Counted from the stretch's first letter, positions 23,320-31,878 are shown. The stretch: 64,000 nt of DNA from Planctomycetota bacterium (GCA_038227875.1 JBBRPR010000046.1:1-64000), one strand, 5' to 3'. Notes: generated by a model not told the origin, from the sequence alone. Translations and numbers: made by a program.

Positions 23320-24109
23320 AATATGAAGCCCGGCTCTATGGCTGGCACACTGGACAAGTCGACTTCGTCGATACTTTCAAAGAATACTCGAACAGTGTTA
23401 CGTGCCGCGAGTTTTGGCAATTGCGCGAGCTTTGGTTCGTTACGCAATCTTTGAAGTGCAATTGACTCCGCATCTGGAATCGTTGAGTGCGTGGTGCTGC
23501 GACCGACGCTATCTTCAAGCCAATCCGCTCGAGAACGCTGGTGAGATCGACACGACGCCGGAGGAAACGCGACGCGCGCTCACTGCCGACGAGATCAAGT
23601 TGCTACTGTCCAAGTGCAAGCCTGAGAGACGCACTTTGTATAAGCTTTCGATCTGCTCGGGCCTTCGCAAGAACGAGTTGATGTCGCTTACCGTCGTCGA
23701 CCTCGACGCCGCTAATTGCTGTCTCCGGCTCCGGCCAGAGTGGACGAAGAACAGGAAATCAGGCTGGCAACCGCTCCCTGCAGCGTTGACGGCGACCCTT
23801 GCCGCTGACGTGGAGGGGCTTCTCCCGACCGCTCCGTTAATCCACGTACCCAGCGACGCCAGTGCAAGATTCGAGACCGACCGTCGAAGAGCGGATTTGA
23901 AGAAAGAAACAGAGGACGGGGTCTGCAACTTCGCGTGCCTGCGCCAGACTTATATCACGATGGTCAACGATACGGGAGCCACAACCAAAGCAACACAAAC
24001 ACTGACTAGGCACAGTACGCCGTCGTTGACATTCAAAACGTATGCGCGTGCGCGGTCGGCTGAACTGGTTGGTGTGGTGGAAAAGCTGGCGCTGCTGGTT
24101 GGCTCTTGA
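23320..24109 (+). pseudogene. degenerate tyrosine recombinase fragment, paralogous to the island integrase
   Basis: WCCDRRYLQANPL...DTTP...RALTADEI...SGLRKNEL...FACLRQTY...LTRHST...TYAR; N-terminus missing and HxxR histidine replaced; left boundary approximate. Confidence 0.75.
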
Positions 24110-24110
24110 A

Positions 24111-24272
24111 TCACTTTGAAGCATCGTCCTCTTTCGGCGTTTCTTTATCCTTGCGAAAGTGCCGGTAGGTCACAAAAAGAATTATGACTAACACAATAAA
24201 ACCTAGAACAACAATTACTATGCCTTCCAATCCGATTAGGAATAGTCCGGCCAAACCATCAGCAAGGAACAA
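24111..24272 (-). CDS. 53-aa single-TM peptide (not in ORF track)
   Basis: GGAG RBS + TTG; (M)FLADGLAGLFLIGLEGIVIVVLGFIVLVIILFVTYRHFRKDKETPKEDDASK*. Confidence 0.5.
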   Translation of the reverse strand: MFLADGLAGLFLIGLEGIVIVVLGFIVLVIILFVTYRHFRKDKETPKEDDASK

Positions 24273-24357
24273 AGCTTTTCTCCGCTTGAACCACTCAAAA
24301 GCGTAGCGAGGGTCTTCTACGGCGCACTACACGAATGGAGCGTTAGGTGGTTTGTAG

Positions 24358-25599
24358 TTATACGCCCTGAGGGACTTGAACCCCCAATGGAATCTCGACG
24401 GGTTTCATACAAACACTAGCGGCATGACTGTTTACAATGTCACCCTCCGCCCCTACTGCAAGTCGTTGGGTTGCCATGGGGGCGGCGGCGGTCTGTTTCA
24501 GGGCTTCGGCAACAGATTCGGCCACGGCCCGCATTCGTTGCGCGTCCGGCTTGGCGTACGTGCTCATGGACATAGTGGCGGATGAGTGCCGGGCCAGCGT
24601 CATGATCGTTTTCAGGTCAGCCCCCGACTTCACCACGGAATTGATATAGCTCACCCGCAGGCTGTGGAACGTCGCCTTACCCGCGCCTTTGATTTCCTTT
24701 GTGATTCCAGCGTTGTCAAAGTCCCGGTCCAAATTCGCGCAACACGTTTCTTGGAGCGGCATCGGCAAAAGCGGTGCGTCCGGCTTCTTGCCGATCGACA
24801 GCGCGGCCAGTTCGTCGGCCAGTTCACGGGCAATGGGTTGCCGGGCGTCGCGGCGGTCCTTGCAGAATTCAGCGGCCAGCGGCAACGACGGCCCGAACAT
24901 GTCCAGATTGCCCACGGTCAGGTTGCGTAGTTCATTTTGCCGGTAGCCCGTTGCCAGGGCCACGCGATAGACCAAAGCCCTGTGCGGCGGCGCGGTGGCC
25001 AGCAGCTTTGCAATTTCGTCCGTGCTCAATTCGCGGTGCGGCATCTTCGGCGTGGTGTCGAACGCCACAATCGCGGCCAGCGGATCGGCGGCAAGGTATT
25101 GCCGATTCACGCACCAATCGAGGAAAGATGCGATCGCTTCACTGTACCCTTGCACTGTCTTTTCTGTCAGCGGTCCCGACTCGTCTTGACCGTGGGCCAG
25201 CAGTTCGCGCAATGCGATTTCCACGTCCGCCAATTCCACGTCTTGAATCGTCTGTAATTTCAGACGGTCGCCCCACCATTTCAACGTCCAGCCCTTTTTT
25301 CGGGCGTGGACCTTCGACCAACCAAAGCCGCGGCGGCCTCCACAACTTCGGCCCCATGCCAGATATTCGGACACCGTCGCGGCATAGTCGCGGGCCTTGT
25401 CCGATTCCTTCGGCGCGGGGCGGATGCCGTCGCGGATTTCATTTTCAATGATCTGGCGCCGGTTCGCCGTCCGCTCGGTTTCCGCGTAGCTCGTGGTGCC
25501 GGTTGCCTTCCGGCGCCGCCCCTTCCAGTCGCGATACTCGAATTTATAGCGCGGGTGGGGTTTGCCGTCCTTGTCGAAGGTTTGAAAGACATGTGGCAT
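24358..25599 (-). CDS. int: tyrosine recombinase/integrase (integrated-state form, 413 aa)
   Basis: TGYRQNEL, K(DRR), FHSLRVSY, LARHS, TYA catalytic motifs; N-terminal arm-binding-like YKFEYRDWKGRRRKATG. Confidence 0.93.
   Translation of the reverse strand: MPHVFQTFDKDGKPHPRYKFEYRDWKGRRRKATGTTSYAETERTANRRQIIENEIRDGIRPAPKESDKARDYAATVSEYLAWGRSCGGRRGFGWSKVHARKKGWTLKWWGDRLKLQTIQDVELADVEIALRELLAHGQDESGPLTEKTVQGYSEAIASFLDWCVNRQYLAADPLAAIVAFDTTPKMPHRELSTDEIAKLLATAPPHRALVYRVALATGYRQNELRNLTVGNLDMFGPSLPLAAEFCKDRRDARQPIARELADELAALSIGKKPDAPLLPMPLQETCCANLDRDFDNAGITKEIKGAGKATFHSLRVSYINSVVKSGADLKTIMTLARHSSATMSMSTYAKPDAQRMRAVAESVAEALKQTAAAPMATQRLAVGAEGDIVNSHAASVCMKPVEIPLGVQVPQGV
24360..24387. repeat. att core, distal copy (tRNA 3'-end duplication)
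   Basis: ATACGCCCTGAGGGACTTGAACCCCCAA identical to 29962-29989. Confidence 0.95.
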
Positions 25600-25601
25600 T
25601 G

Positions 25602-25814
25602 TCAGCCCTTTCCCTTTCGATGCGGCGCCATTATGAACGCCGATACAGTCAAACCCGCCATTCCCGCTTTTTCTCGCAGGCTTTCGTATTCAACTTCGCT
25701 CACGCGGATAACCACGTTGCGGCTTTTGGCGCGTTCTCCAAGTGACGGGCGGCCGGTGCGAAGCGCATCGGCTTCAATCTGTGCTTTCGTGCGTCGTTTT
25801 CGTTTCATACTCAT
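25602..25814 (-). CDS. ribbon-helix-helix / MobC-like DNA-binding protein
   Basis: GRP...NVVIRVSEVEYESLREKAGMAGLTVSAFI. Confidence 0.7.
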   Translation of the reverse strand: MSMKRKRRTKAQIEADALRTGRPSLGERAKSRNVVIRVSEVEYESLREKAGMAGLTVSAFIMAPHRKGKG

Positions 25815-25839
25815 ACTCTACTTTACGCATAACAATAAT

Positions 25840-26202
25840 TCAAGAAGCTTCGAGTTTTCTTGCGGCCCGTTCGGCGTCGCGGACCTGCCGTTCGGCGCGG
25901 GCTTCAATGTGGGCAAGAACTTTGCCGGTAAGCCAAGTGGACTTCCCCGCGAATCGGAACGGCGGCGGAAGTTCATGGCGTGACACCATTCGCCGGACGG
26001 TGCGTTTGGAAAGGTTCAACGCGGCCGACAGGGCGCATTCATCCAGCAGCGTCCGTTCCGGCAACGTCGCCAGCGCGGTGATCGTCCGACCCTGCCCGGC
26101 AGGCTTGGGTACGTCAATCGGCACAGGTGCCGGCGGCGGGAGCGCGCTTGCATGCGTGTTTTCCGGCGCCGTGGGAACGGTCGCGTCATCGTTGCTTGTC
26201 AT
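25840..26202 (-). CDS. AlpA/excisionase-like HTH protein
   Basis: LLDECALSAALNLSKRTVRRMVSRHELPPPFRFAGKSTW; ATGA overlap with Prim-Pol. Confidence 0.75.
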   Translation of the reverse strand: MTSNDDATVPTAPENTHASALPPPAPVPIDVPKPAGQGRTITALATLPERTLLDECALSAALNLSKRTVRRMVSRHELPPPFRFAGKSTWLTGKVLAHIEARAERQVRDAERAARKLEAS

Positions 26203-27419
26203 TCCGGTAATCCCCAAATCTCGAATGGCCAAAGGACAATGAATTTACTTGCCGGCGCGCCCGGCACGTTCTTCGCTCGATACGTGCACTGCAATAACGG
26301 TTCTGGCTTCTGTTTAAGTTTGTTGATCAACCACCACCCGCGTTTGGCATCGGCGAGCTGTAGCAAGGGCTTCAACATTCGACCGGAGAATTTAAAGTCA
26401 CGGCCTTTGCCAGCCCACCTTTGCATTTCGATGGCAATGGCAGCGACCATTTGAAGCTCGGACGACTTGTACACCAGGACACAGCGCGGCAGGGGTCGGG
26501 ACTGCACGGCCTGCCAGGCGATCTGTATAGGCTTTTCATCAAGTGTCACCCGCGCCGAATTATACCCCCGCTGCAGTTTGTCGCGGTACTCGTCTTCCGA
26601 TACCCCGGCACGAAAGAATGGTCTGGCATGAGACACCCACTTATTTTCAAGCTGTTCGTATTCACACCGCGTCAGTTCCCGACCCCACCGCTTTTCGAGC
26701 GTAATCAGCACACGGCCAAATCGAAAACATGCGGCGTCGTTTGTGTGCACTTTCTTCGGCAGTGACTCTTGCAGAACATACTTTAATTCACTTACGGATA
26801 TGCCGCAGTGGTTGCTGTGTACTGTTTCGCATGCCGCAGTGGTTGCTGTGTCGTCTGTGTTAGCTGTGAGTGCTGTGTCTTCTGTGTTAGCTGTAGTCGT
26901 TAGAGTGTTTATTAAAGTTTCGCACTCTTGACCCAGTCCGGCCGCAAACGGATCTACTTCCCGCACGGCCCCCGGCGGCAGCGGCACCAGCCATTCGTAG
27001 ATGCAGCCACTTGGATGCAGTGACGGCGGCAGCAAGCAGTACCCGCCTTTCCCGCGCAATTCACCGTCCTTGACCTTGATCGTTCGGATCGTGGTTTTGC
27101 TGGTGAAGTAGACGTGTCGGCCACGGGCGGTCACCACGGTCGGCAGCGTGCGAGCGAGTTCCGGAAAATCCGCCGCCCACGATTCATAAGTTTCCAGGGT
27201 GTCAAAGTCACGGCAGCACAGCCCGCCAGACACCGGTCCGAACACGACTGCCAGACCCGTGACGCTCGGCTGTTTGAACCATGTGGACAATTCCCCGTCG
27301 GTTGCCCGTCGCGACTGAAACGTCTTCCAGCTTTGCAGCGCGGCGCGTTTGTCCTTGCCGATCGGAATGACAGACCAGCCACGGCGGGCGTAGGCACAGG
27401 CGTTATCTAACAATGTCAT
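26199..27419 (-). CDS. bifunctional DNA primase/polymerase (Prim-Pol, N-terminal) replication protein
   Basis: AYARRGWSVIPI...GLAVVFG..SGGLCCRDFD...T.RGRHVYF...GGYCLLPPSLHPSGCIYEW. Confidence 0.88.
   Translation of the reverse strand: MTLLDNACAYARRGWSVIPIGKDKRAALQSWKTFQSRRATDGELSTWFKQPSVTGLAVVFGPVSGGLCCRDFDTLETYESWAADFPELARTLPTVVTARGRHVYFTSKTTIRTIKVKDGELRGKGGYCLLPPSLHPSGCIYEWLVPLPPGAVREVDPFAAGLGQECETLINTLTTTANTEDTALTANTDDTATTAACETVHSNHCGISVSELKYVLQESLPKKVHTNDAACFRFGRVLITLEKRWGRELTRCEYEQLENKWVSHARPFFRAGVSEDEYRDKLQRGYNSARVTLDEKPIQIAWQAVQSRPLPRCVLVYKSSELQMVAAIAIEMQRWAGKGRDFKFSGRMLKPLLQLADAKRGWWLINKLKQKPEPLLQCTYRAKNVPGAPASKFIVLWPFEIWGLPE
26800..26894. repeat. iteron-like direct repeats within the Prim-Pol gene
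   Basis: ATGCCGCAGTGGTTGCTGTGT x2 (26800, 26831); TGCTGTGTCKTCTGTGTTAGCTGT x2 (26844, 26871). Confidence 0.75.
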
Positions 27420-27709
27420 TGGCGGGTGCCTTTCGGGCGTTCAACCAATTGCCAAACCCGCTCCAAGTGGCGTTGCGACTCAGGCGTCACGGCCGGCGCG
27501 CAGCCGATGCACTCAATGATGCCAGCACAAAACAGCGCGTTCACAACGTGGCCGATTCGGGGAGTGCCGGGGATTCCGTACTTCTTGCGAGTACGGCTTG
27601 CCGTGGTCGGTCCGGTACCCAATTCTGTAAGAAAGCAGCGCCTGAAATCCGGCGCGGGATCCAAAACTGGCGGCTCACCAGCGGCAGAAAACAAGTCATC
27701 GCTTGTCAT
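27416..27709 (-). CDS. hypothetical element protein (possible winged helix)
   Basis: GGAG RBS, ATGA overlap with Prim-Pol. Confidence 0.6.
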   Translation of the reverse strand: MTSDDLFSAAGEPPVLDPAPDFRRCFLTELGTGPTTASRTRKKYGIPGTPRIGHVVNALFCAGIIECIGCAPAVTPESQRHLERVWQLVERPKGTRQ

Positions 27710-27899
27710 TGCCGCTCCAGTCCGAATGATTCTTGGACTCCAGGAAGGCGAATAGCCGTGCTCGATCGAATCGAATGGACTTGTCGGGCAAGAAGATTGC
27801 TGGAAGCAAGCCACGGCGGGCAAGCCTTGCCGCTTTGCCGTTTGGCAGCTTTAACAATTCATCTACTTCGGTGGGTGTGAGAAACTCAGACACGCGCAA
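27696..27899 (-). CDS. excisionase-like HTH DNA-binding protein
   Basis: FLTPTEVDELLKL...ARRGLLPAIFLPDKSIRFDRARL. Confidence 0.7.
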   Translation of the reverse strand: MRVSEFLTPTEVDELLKLPNGKAARLARRGLLPAIFLPDKSIRFDRARLFAFLESKNHSDWSGNDKR

Positions 27900-27950
27900 A
27901 CCCTCACTTTCCGAGAGTATTAACGCTTGTCGATAGCGGGATGTGGGCGG

Positions 27951-28640
27951 TCAGTTTTGCGGGGAGTTGCGGGAAGTCGACAGTTTTCGGTATTCGCGTG
28001 CACTTCCAGACCTGTTGTTGTGTTCTAAAAAGTGGGCTTTGGTCATCGCGTTCAACCAATCGGTTCGAGTTGTGCGATCGTACTTGTTTCCGAGCGTTCC
28101 GGCCCTGAACCATGTGCCCGTCGTTTTAGCAACAGCTTCTAAAAAGTATTGATGCACGGCCTCCCCAATTCCGCTGGGACAGGTCGGCTGTTTACTCGCC
28201 ACTTCGCCGCTGAATAGCCGATTTCGAACCAATGCCCGCTCCAAGTCTCTTGCAAGTTGCGTCGGGAAGGACCGTACGCGCTCTAACGTTCGCTCCCAGT
28301 GTCCGGCCTCTGCCAGGTCCACAGCGTCTTTCCAATCGTTTTCTAACTGTCGCTGTCTGTCGATGAAATCCGTAAGGACATTGAGCTCTTGTTCGTGAAG
28401 GGGGTATTTTTCAGTGACGGCAATTTCTTTGCACACATTGCCGAAAAGCGTCTCTTTCCAGTTGCGATCGCTCAAGTACACGGACATTTGCGAAGGACCA
28501 ACGGCGCCATGTCCTCTGACTTTCAGGCTGCCTGTTACGCCGTCGAGTCGTTCGGACAGTTCTTGACCGTAACGCGCTCGCTCTGTGTCGATCGCCTTTT
28601 GGCCTTCGGTGCGTACTGCATCCCAATTCGGTGCATTCAT
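27951..28640 (-). CDS. hypothetical element protein
   Basis: 229-aa ORF with GGAG RBS, same strand as the other element genes. Confidence 0.55.
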   Translation of the reverse strand: MNAPNWDAVRTEGQKAIDTERARYGQELSERLDGVTGSLKVRGHGAVGPSQMSVYLSDRNWKETLFGNVCKEIAVTEKYPLHEQELNVLTDFIDRQRQLENDWKDAVDLAEAGHWERTLERVRSFPTQLARDLERALVRNRLFSGEVASKQPTCPSGIGEAVHQYFLEAVAKTTGTWFRAGTLGNKYDRTTRTDWLNAMTKAHFLEHNNRSGSAREYRKLSTSRNSPQN

Positions 28641-28671
28641 GGCGCCGCTCCAGCGCTGCTCATTTGGTTAT

Positions 28672-28724
28672 GCCGGGGGCTGTCCAGTTGAGCGACTGGA
28701 CGGGGAGCTACCCCTGCCCCCAGC
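28672..28724 (-). ncRNA. candidate structured RNA (three-way junction) leader
   Basis: outer stem GCTGGGGGC/GCCCCCGGC enclosing hairpins GGGG-TAGCT-CCCC and GTCCAGT-CGCTCA-ACTGGAC. Confidence 0.4.
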
Positions 28725-28731
28725 TGTGCTC

Positions 28732-29244
28732 TCAATGCTGCCGATTCAGAGAGCGGTAGATCACAATCCAGACGCCGAGCAGCGTAGGCCAAAAGACTAA
28801 ATTGGAGAGGGTGCACGTAACGAACAGGTGGAAGATCCCCGCCGACGACATGCCTCCGCCTGACAGCGATACGACATCAACAAACGAGATTACTGCGAAG
28901 ATGACAGCAACGCACGTGCTCCACACCAGCCACCGATTGCCAGCCTGTTTACTCTCAAGCACCAACGTAACGAGGTTGGTTTCGGTACTGCGATCATTGC
29001 TGGCTGGCGCAACGGCCCGCTCGAACTTCGCGCCAGTCCTGCCGGAACTTTGGTCCCATGCAGAGCGAGCGGATGGCGTTTCGCTGCGGGTCCCTTGGTT
29101 CCCCCCAGCGCCAACCGCGTTAGCAGCTTTCTGCGCTTCTCTGTGGGTACGGAATATTCCGGGGCTGCAATGCTCGCAGACACTCTTACCCGACGACGAA
29201 GTTAACAACTCGGCCGCCTGCCCGCAGTTCTCGCATTGTTCCAT
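28732..29244 (-). CDS. Zn-finger + TM cargo protein
   Basis: CENCG...CEHC at the N-terminus, C-terminal hydrophobic helices; GAGGAG RBS. Confidence 0.6.
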   Translation of the reverse strand: MEQCENCGQAAELLTSSSGKSVCEHCSPGIFRTHREAQKAANAVGAGGNQGTRSETPSARSAWDQSSGRTGAKFERAVAPASNDRSTETNLVTLVLESKQAGNRWLVWSTCVAVIFAVISFVDVVSLSGGGMSSAGIFHLFVTCTLSNLVFWPTLLGVWIVIYRSLNRQH

Positions 29245-29593
29245 AGGCTCCTCACTTCACTTTTTGCCCAAGGTTATTTTCATCCATTGCGTCTGTGATC
29301 CGCCGGTTCGGACCGATCGTCACATTCAGGTTGGGAGTCTATCGCGCATGCCCCGCAACGCAGCAATAAAGCGCCGCCAGCTGCTGCATTCTGGGGCGTT
29401 TTCATAGGTGGATTTCCCTTGGGGGCTGTGTGGAATTTAAAGACGGGCACGCGCTTTGGGGTGTCATCGGCTAACCAGTGGGGGTGCCGGGCACCTTAGA
29501 AAATTAGGCGACTACGCAACTCGAATCGTATCCGATCGGTGCCAACGCTTGCTTTTCAATGCACGCGAATGCCGGGAGCAGTGGTCGGGGTGG

Positions 29594-29989
29594 TCACACG
29601 GGGCGAAATAGAAAGGCCACGTCTTCACCGTGGCCCATTCCCTGCATTTGCGGCGCGTCTGGCGAGCTCTCTACTTCGAACCCGATGTCTTTGACCATCG
29701 CGACGATGCCAGCGCGTAGCGCGTCCGGCAGCTTATCCCACGCGGCCACGACGGCGGCAAGATCGGCGGGCAGCGGATTCCGTTGGGTTGCCATTGGGTT
29801 GAACGCGTGGCCGGACGCGGTGTCTGTCTGTCGCGGTTGCGTCCGCTCATTGTCGAGCGTCGCTCGTACAACGTCGGGTGTCTTTTGTTGTTCGACGAAT
29901 TGCGGCGCGGATTGACTCGAAACTGACGCGGTCCCGTCCGCTCTTGTAACGCCTTTAGAGAATACGCCCTGAGGGACTTGAACCCCCAA
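29594..29989 (-). other. integrase C-terminal extension segment (in frame with int only after excision)
   Basis: frame begins inside the att core (LGVQVPQGV, the same residues that end Int) and stays open for 131 codons, including LPADLAAVVAAWDKLPDALRAGIVAMVK. Confidence 0.7.
29962..29989. repeat. att core, tRNA-proximal copy
   Basis: identical to 24360-24387; overlaps the tRNA T-arm and acceptor stem. Confidence 0.95.
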
Positions 29990-30036
29990 CCTCCTGGTTC
30001 GAAGCCAGGCACTCTATCCAGTTGAGCTAAGGGCGC
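29963..30036 (-). tRNA. tRNA-Arg(TCG)
   Basis: GCGCCCT-TA-GCTC..GAGT-G-CCTGG CT TCG AA CCAGG-AGGTT-GGGGG TTCAAGT CCCTC-AGGGCGT-A cloverleaf; CCA not encoded. Confidence 0.95.
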
Positions 30037-30184
30037 TTAAATTTTCAATGTTGTTCGACGCTCATCTTACGCGGCACTCCGTCGCATTGCAAACGGGCTC
30101 CGAATTCAACCCGCGCCGGCGGCCGGATCCGGTGTAGATTGTTTTTGAAATTTGAAAACGCGACAGTGATCGGAGGCGACGGGG

Positions 30185-31632
30185 ATGCGGCTGCTTTCTG
30201 CGGCGGACATGCATATCAGCGATGCGGCGTCGTGCCGCGTGGCGCTGGAGTGCTTTGAGTGCGCGCTGCGGCAATTCCGCCCCGACGTCGTGGCCTGTCT
30301 GGGCGATCTTTTCGATAACCGCACGTTCCTGGAACAGTTCGGCCCTGAGTTTCACCGCCGATTGCGCGCACTACATCCGGATTGGTTGTTTGTGTTTGGC
30401 AATCACGATGGCTCCGGAAATTCGCGAGGGCAGAACGACGATGGCTGGCGGACGTTTTGCGACCTCTTCGGTCCGGCTCAATACACTCGCGAAATCGGCG
30501 GCCACCATTTTGTCGTGCTGGCGAATGTACAGTCGGATTCCGGTTGGCAGGAGTTTGCTGATGCGGAAACCCGCGCGGGCTCGGTTGTGCTGGCGCACCG
30601 GCCGCTGGACGCGGCCACGATCGAACGTTGCGCTGGCCGGGGCGCGCGGCTGATTCTCGCCGGCGATGCACATTCTTCTAAGATTTCCCGCAGCGCTGAT
30701 GATTCTTGCGAGCAGCGCGTGCAGCCGCCGTTTCTGTTCGGCGGCCGGCTGGGAGACGCCGCGGGATTCAACGTCATCGATTTTGATGACGATGGGTATT
30801 CCTGCCAGTGGGTGACGCAGACGCTGCCTGCGATGCCGGGCAATTCGCGCGTCGTCGAGAATGCGTGGCAACCGCGCTGGCGCACAAAGTCGGAGTCGAA
30901 TTTTCCCGAACTGGCGGAGTGGTGCGACGTGGAGCCCTGTCGCTCGGACGAGTACCTTTGGTTCGGCGGCGCCGCGCGGCTGCAATGTTATCGTTCCGGC
31001 GTGCTGCACTGGGAGACGGACACAGCTTCGGCGACATGTGTCCGCCCGTCCATGTCCATCACGGGGAGCGCAGCTTTCTGATCATCGGCGGAACGTGGGT
31101 CCCGGCGCCGTCTGGAACTTTTGCGTCGGTGATCGTGGTCGATCCGTTCACGGGAGACGAATTTTATCGCGTGCCGGTGATCGGCGTGTCTCAATCGCCC
31201 ACGGTTGTGGACGGTGTGATGTACATCGTCGGGCAGTGGCGGGAGATCATCGCAGTCGACGTTGCGACAGGGAGGGAGTTGTGGCGCCGGCGCAGTCAGG
31301 TGGAGACGCCCGCCACGGCCGACCTCTCCTGGCATGATTGCCGTACAGGCGGAGGCTGGTCGGTCTGCGCGCCGGCGGTCGCCAAGCATGTCTGGACCGT
31401 GAACGCGCGCGGCGATTTGTTCGGCTATGACCGCCACAGCGGGCACGAGCGGTTTGTGTATCCCATGGCCGTGCCACTCAACGCCGCGCCGACCTGCCCG
31501 TTTGCCAATCGGTTGGCTTGCGCACCCAAGGCGTTTCTCATCGCAGAGCAGACGCACGGCGGCGTGGTATTCAGCGTTAATGGGCAACGCATTAACGACA
31601 GCACCGGTGAGTTGTTGACGGCATCACGTTGA
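30185..31632 (+). pseudogene. metallophosphoesterase + PQQ/BamB-like beta-propeller, frameshifted near 31015
   Basis: ADMH, LGDLFD, FGNHDG, LAH, GDAH motifs; the coding frame switches at ...LHWE|(G)HSFGDMCPP... to SPTVVDGVMY...AVDVATGRELW. Confidence 0.65.
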
Positions 31633-31878
31633 CCGTCGCCTCACTTGCACAAGTAAGTCGCTAAACTGTGCAAGTAAGACACTTAAATTCATTCCTGAAA
31701 ATGTGTTACGGAAATATTCTGAACGGCAGTCACTTATTTAATGAAAGAAATCTTCGCGCTGAAGGAATATAAAAAGAGCAAAATCACATTGTGCAGGTAA
31801 GTGCAATGCGTAAAATGCACCACGAACAAATGGACTGTCTGGCAATCACAACTTGGATGAAACAAGAAAGGAGTTCTT

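Larger units (their letters stand above)
24360..29989 (-). mobile_element. ~5.6-kb tRNA-Arg-integrated, phage-satellite-like integrative element
   Basis: bounded by a 28-bp direct repeat of the tRNA 3' end; contains integrase, RHH, AlpA-like, Prim-Pol and HTH genes, all on the minus strand. Confidence 0.9.

Noticed and set aside
28683..28693. 11-bp match (TCCAGTTGAGC) to the tRNA D-arm at 30017-30027
   Set aside because: Short enough to arise by chance; no further tRNA-like sequence around it
29671..30012. 113-aa ORF starting inside the tRNA
   Set aside because: Out of frame with the integrase and overlaps the tRNA; only the 29594-29989 frame matches Int
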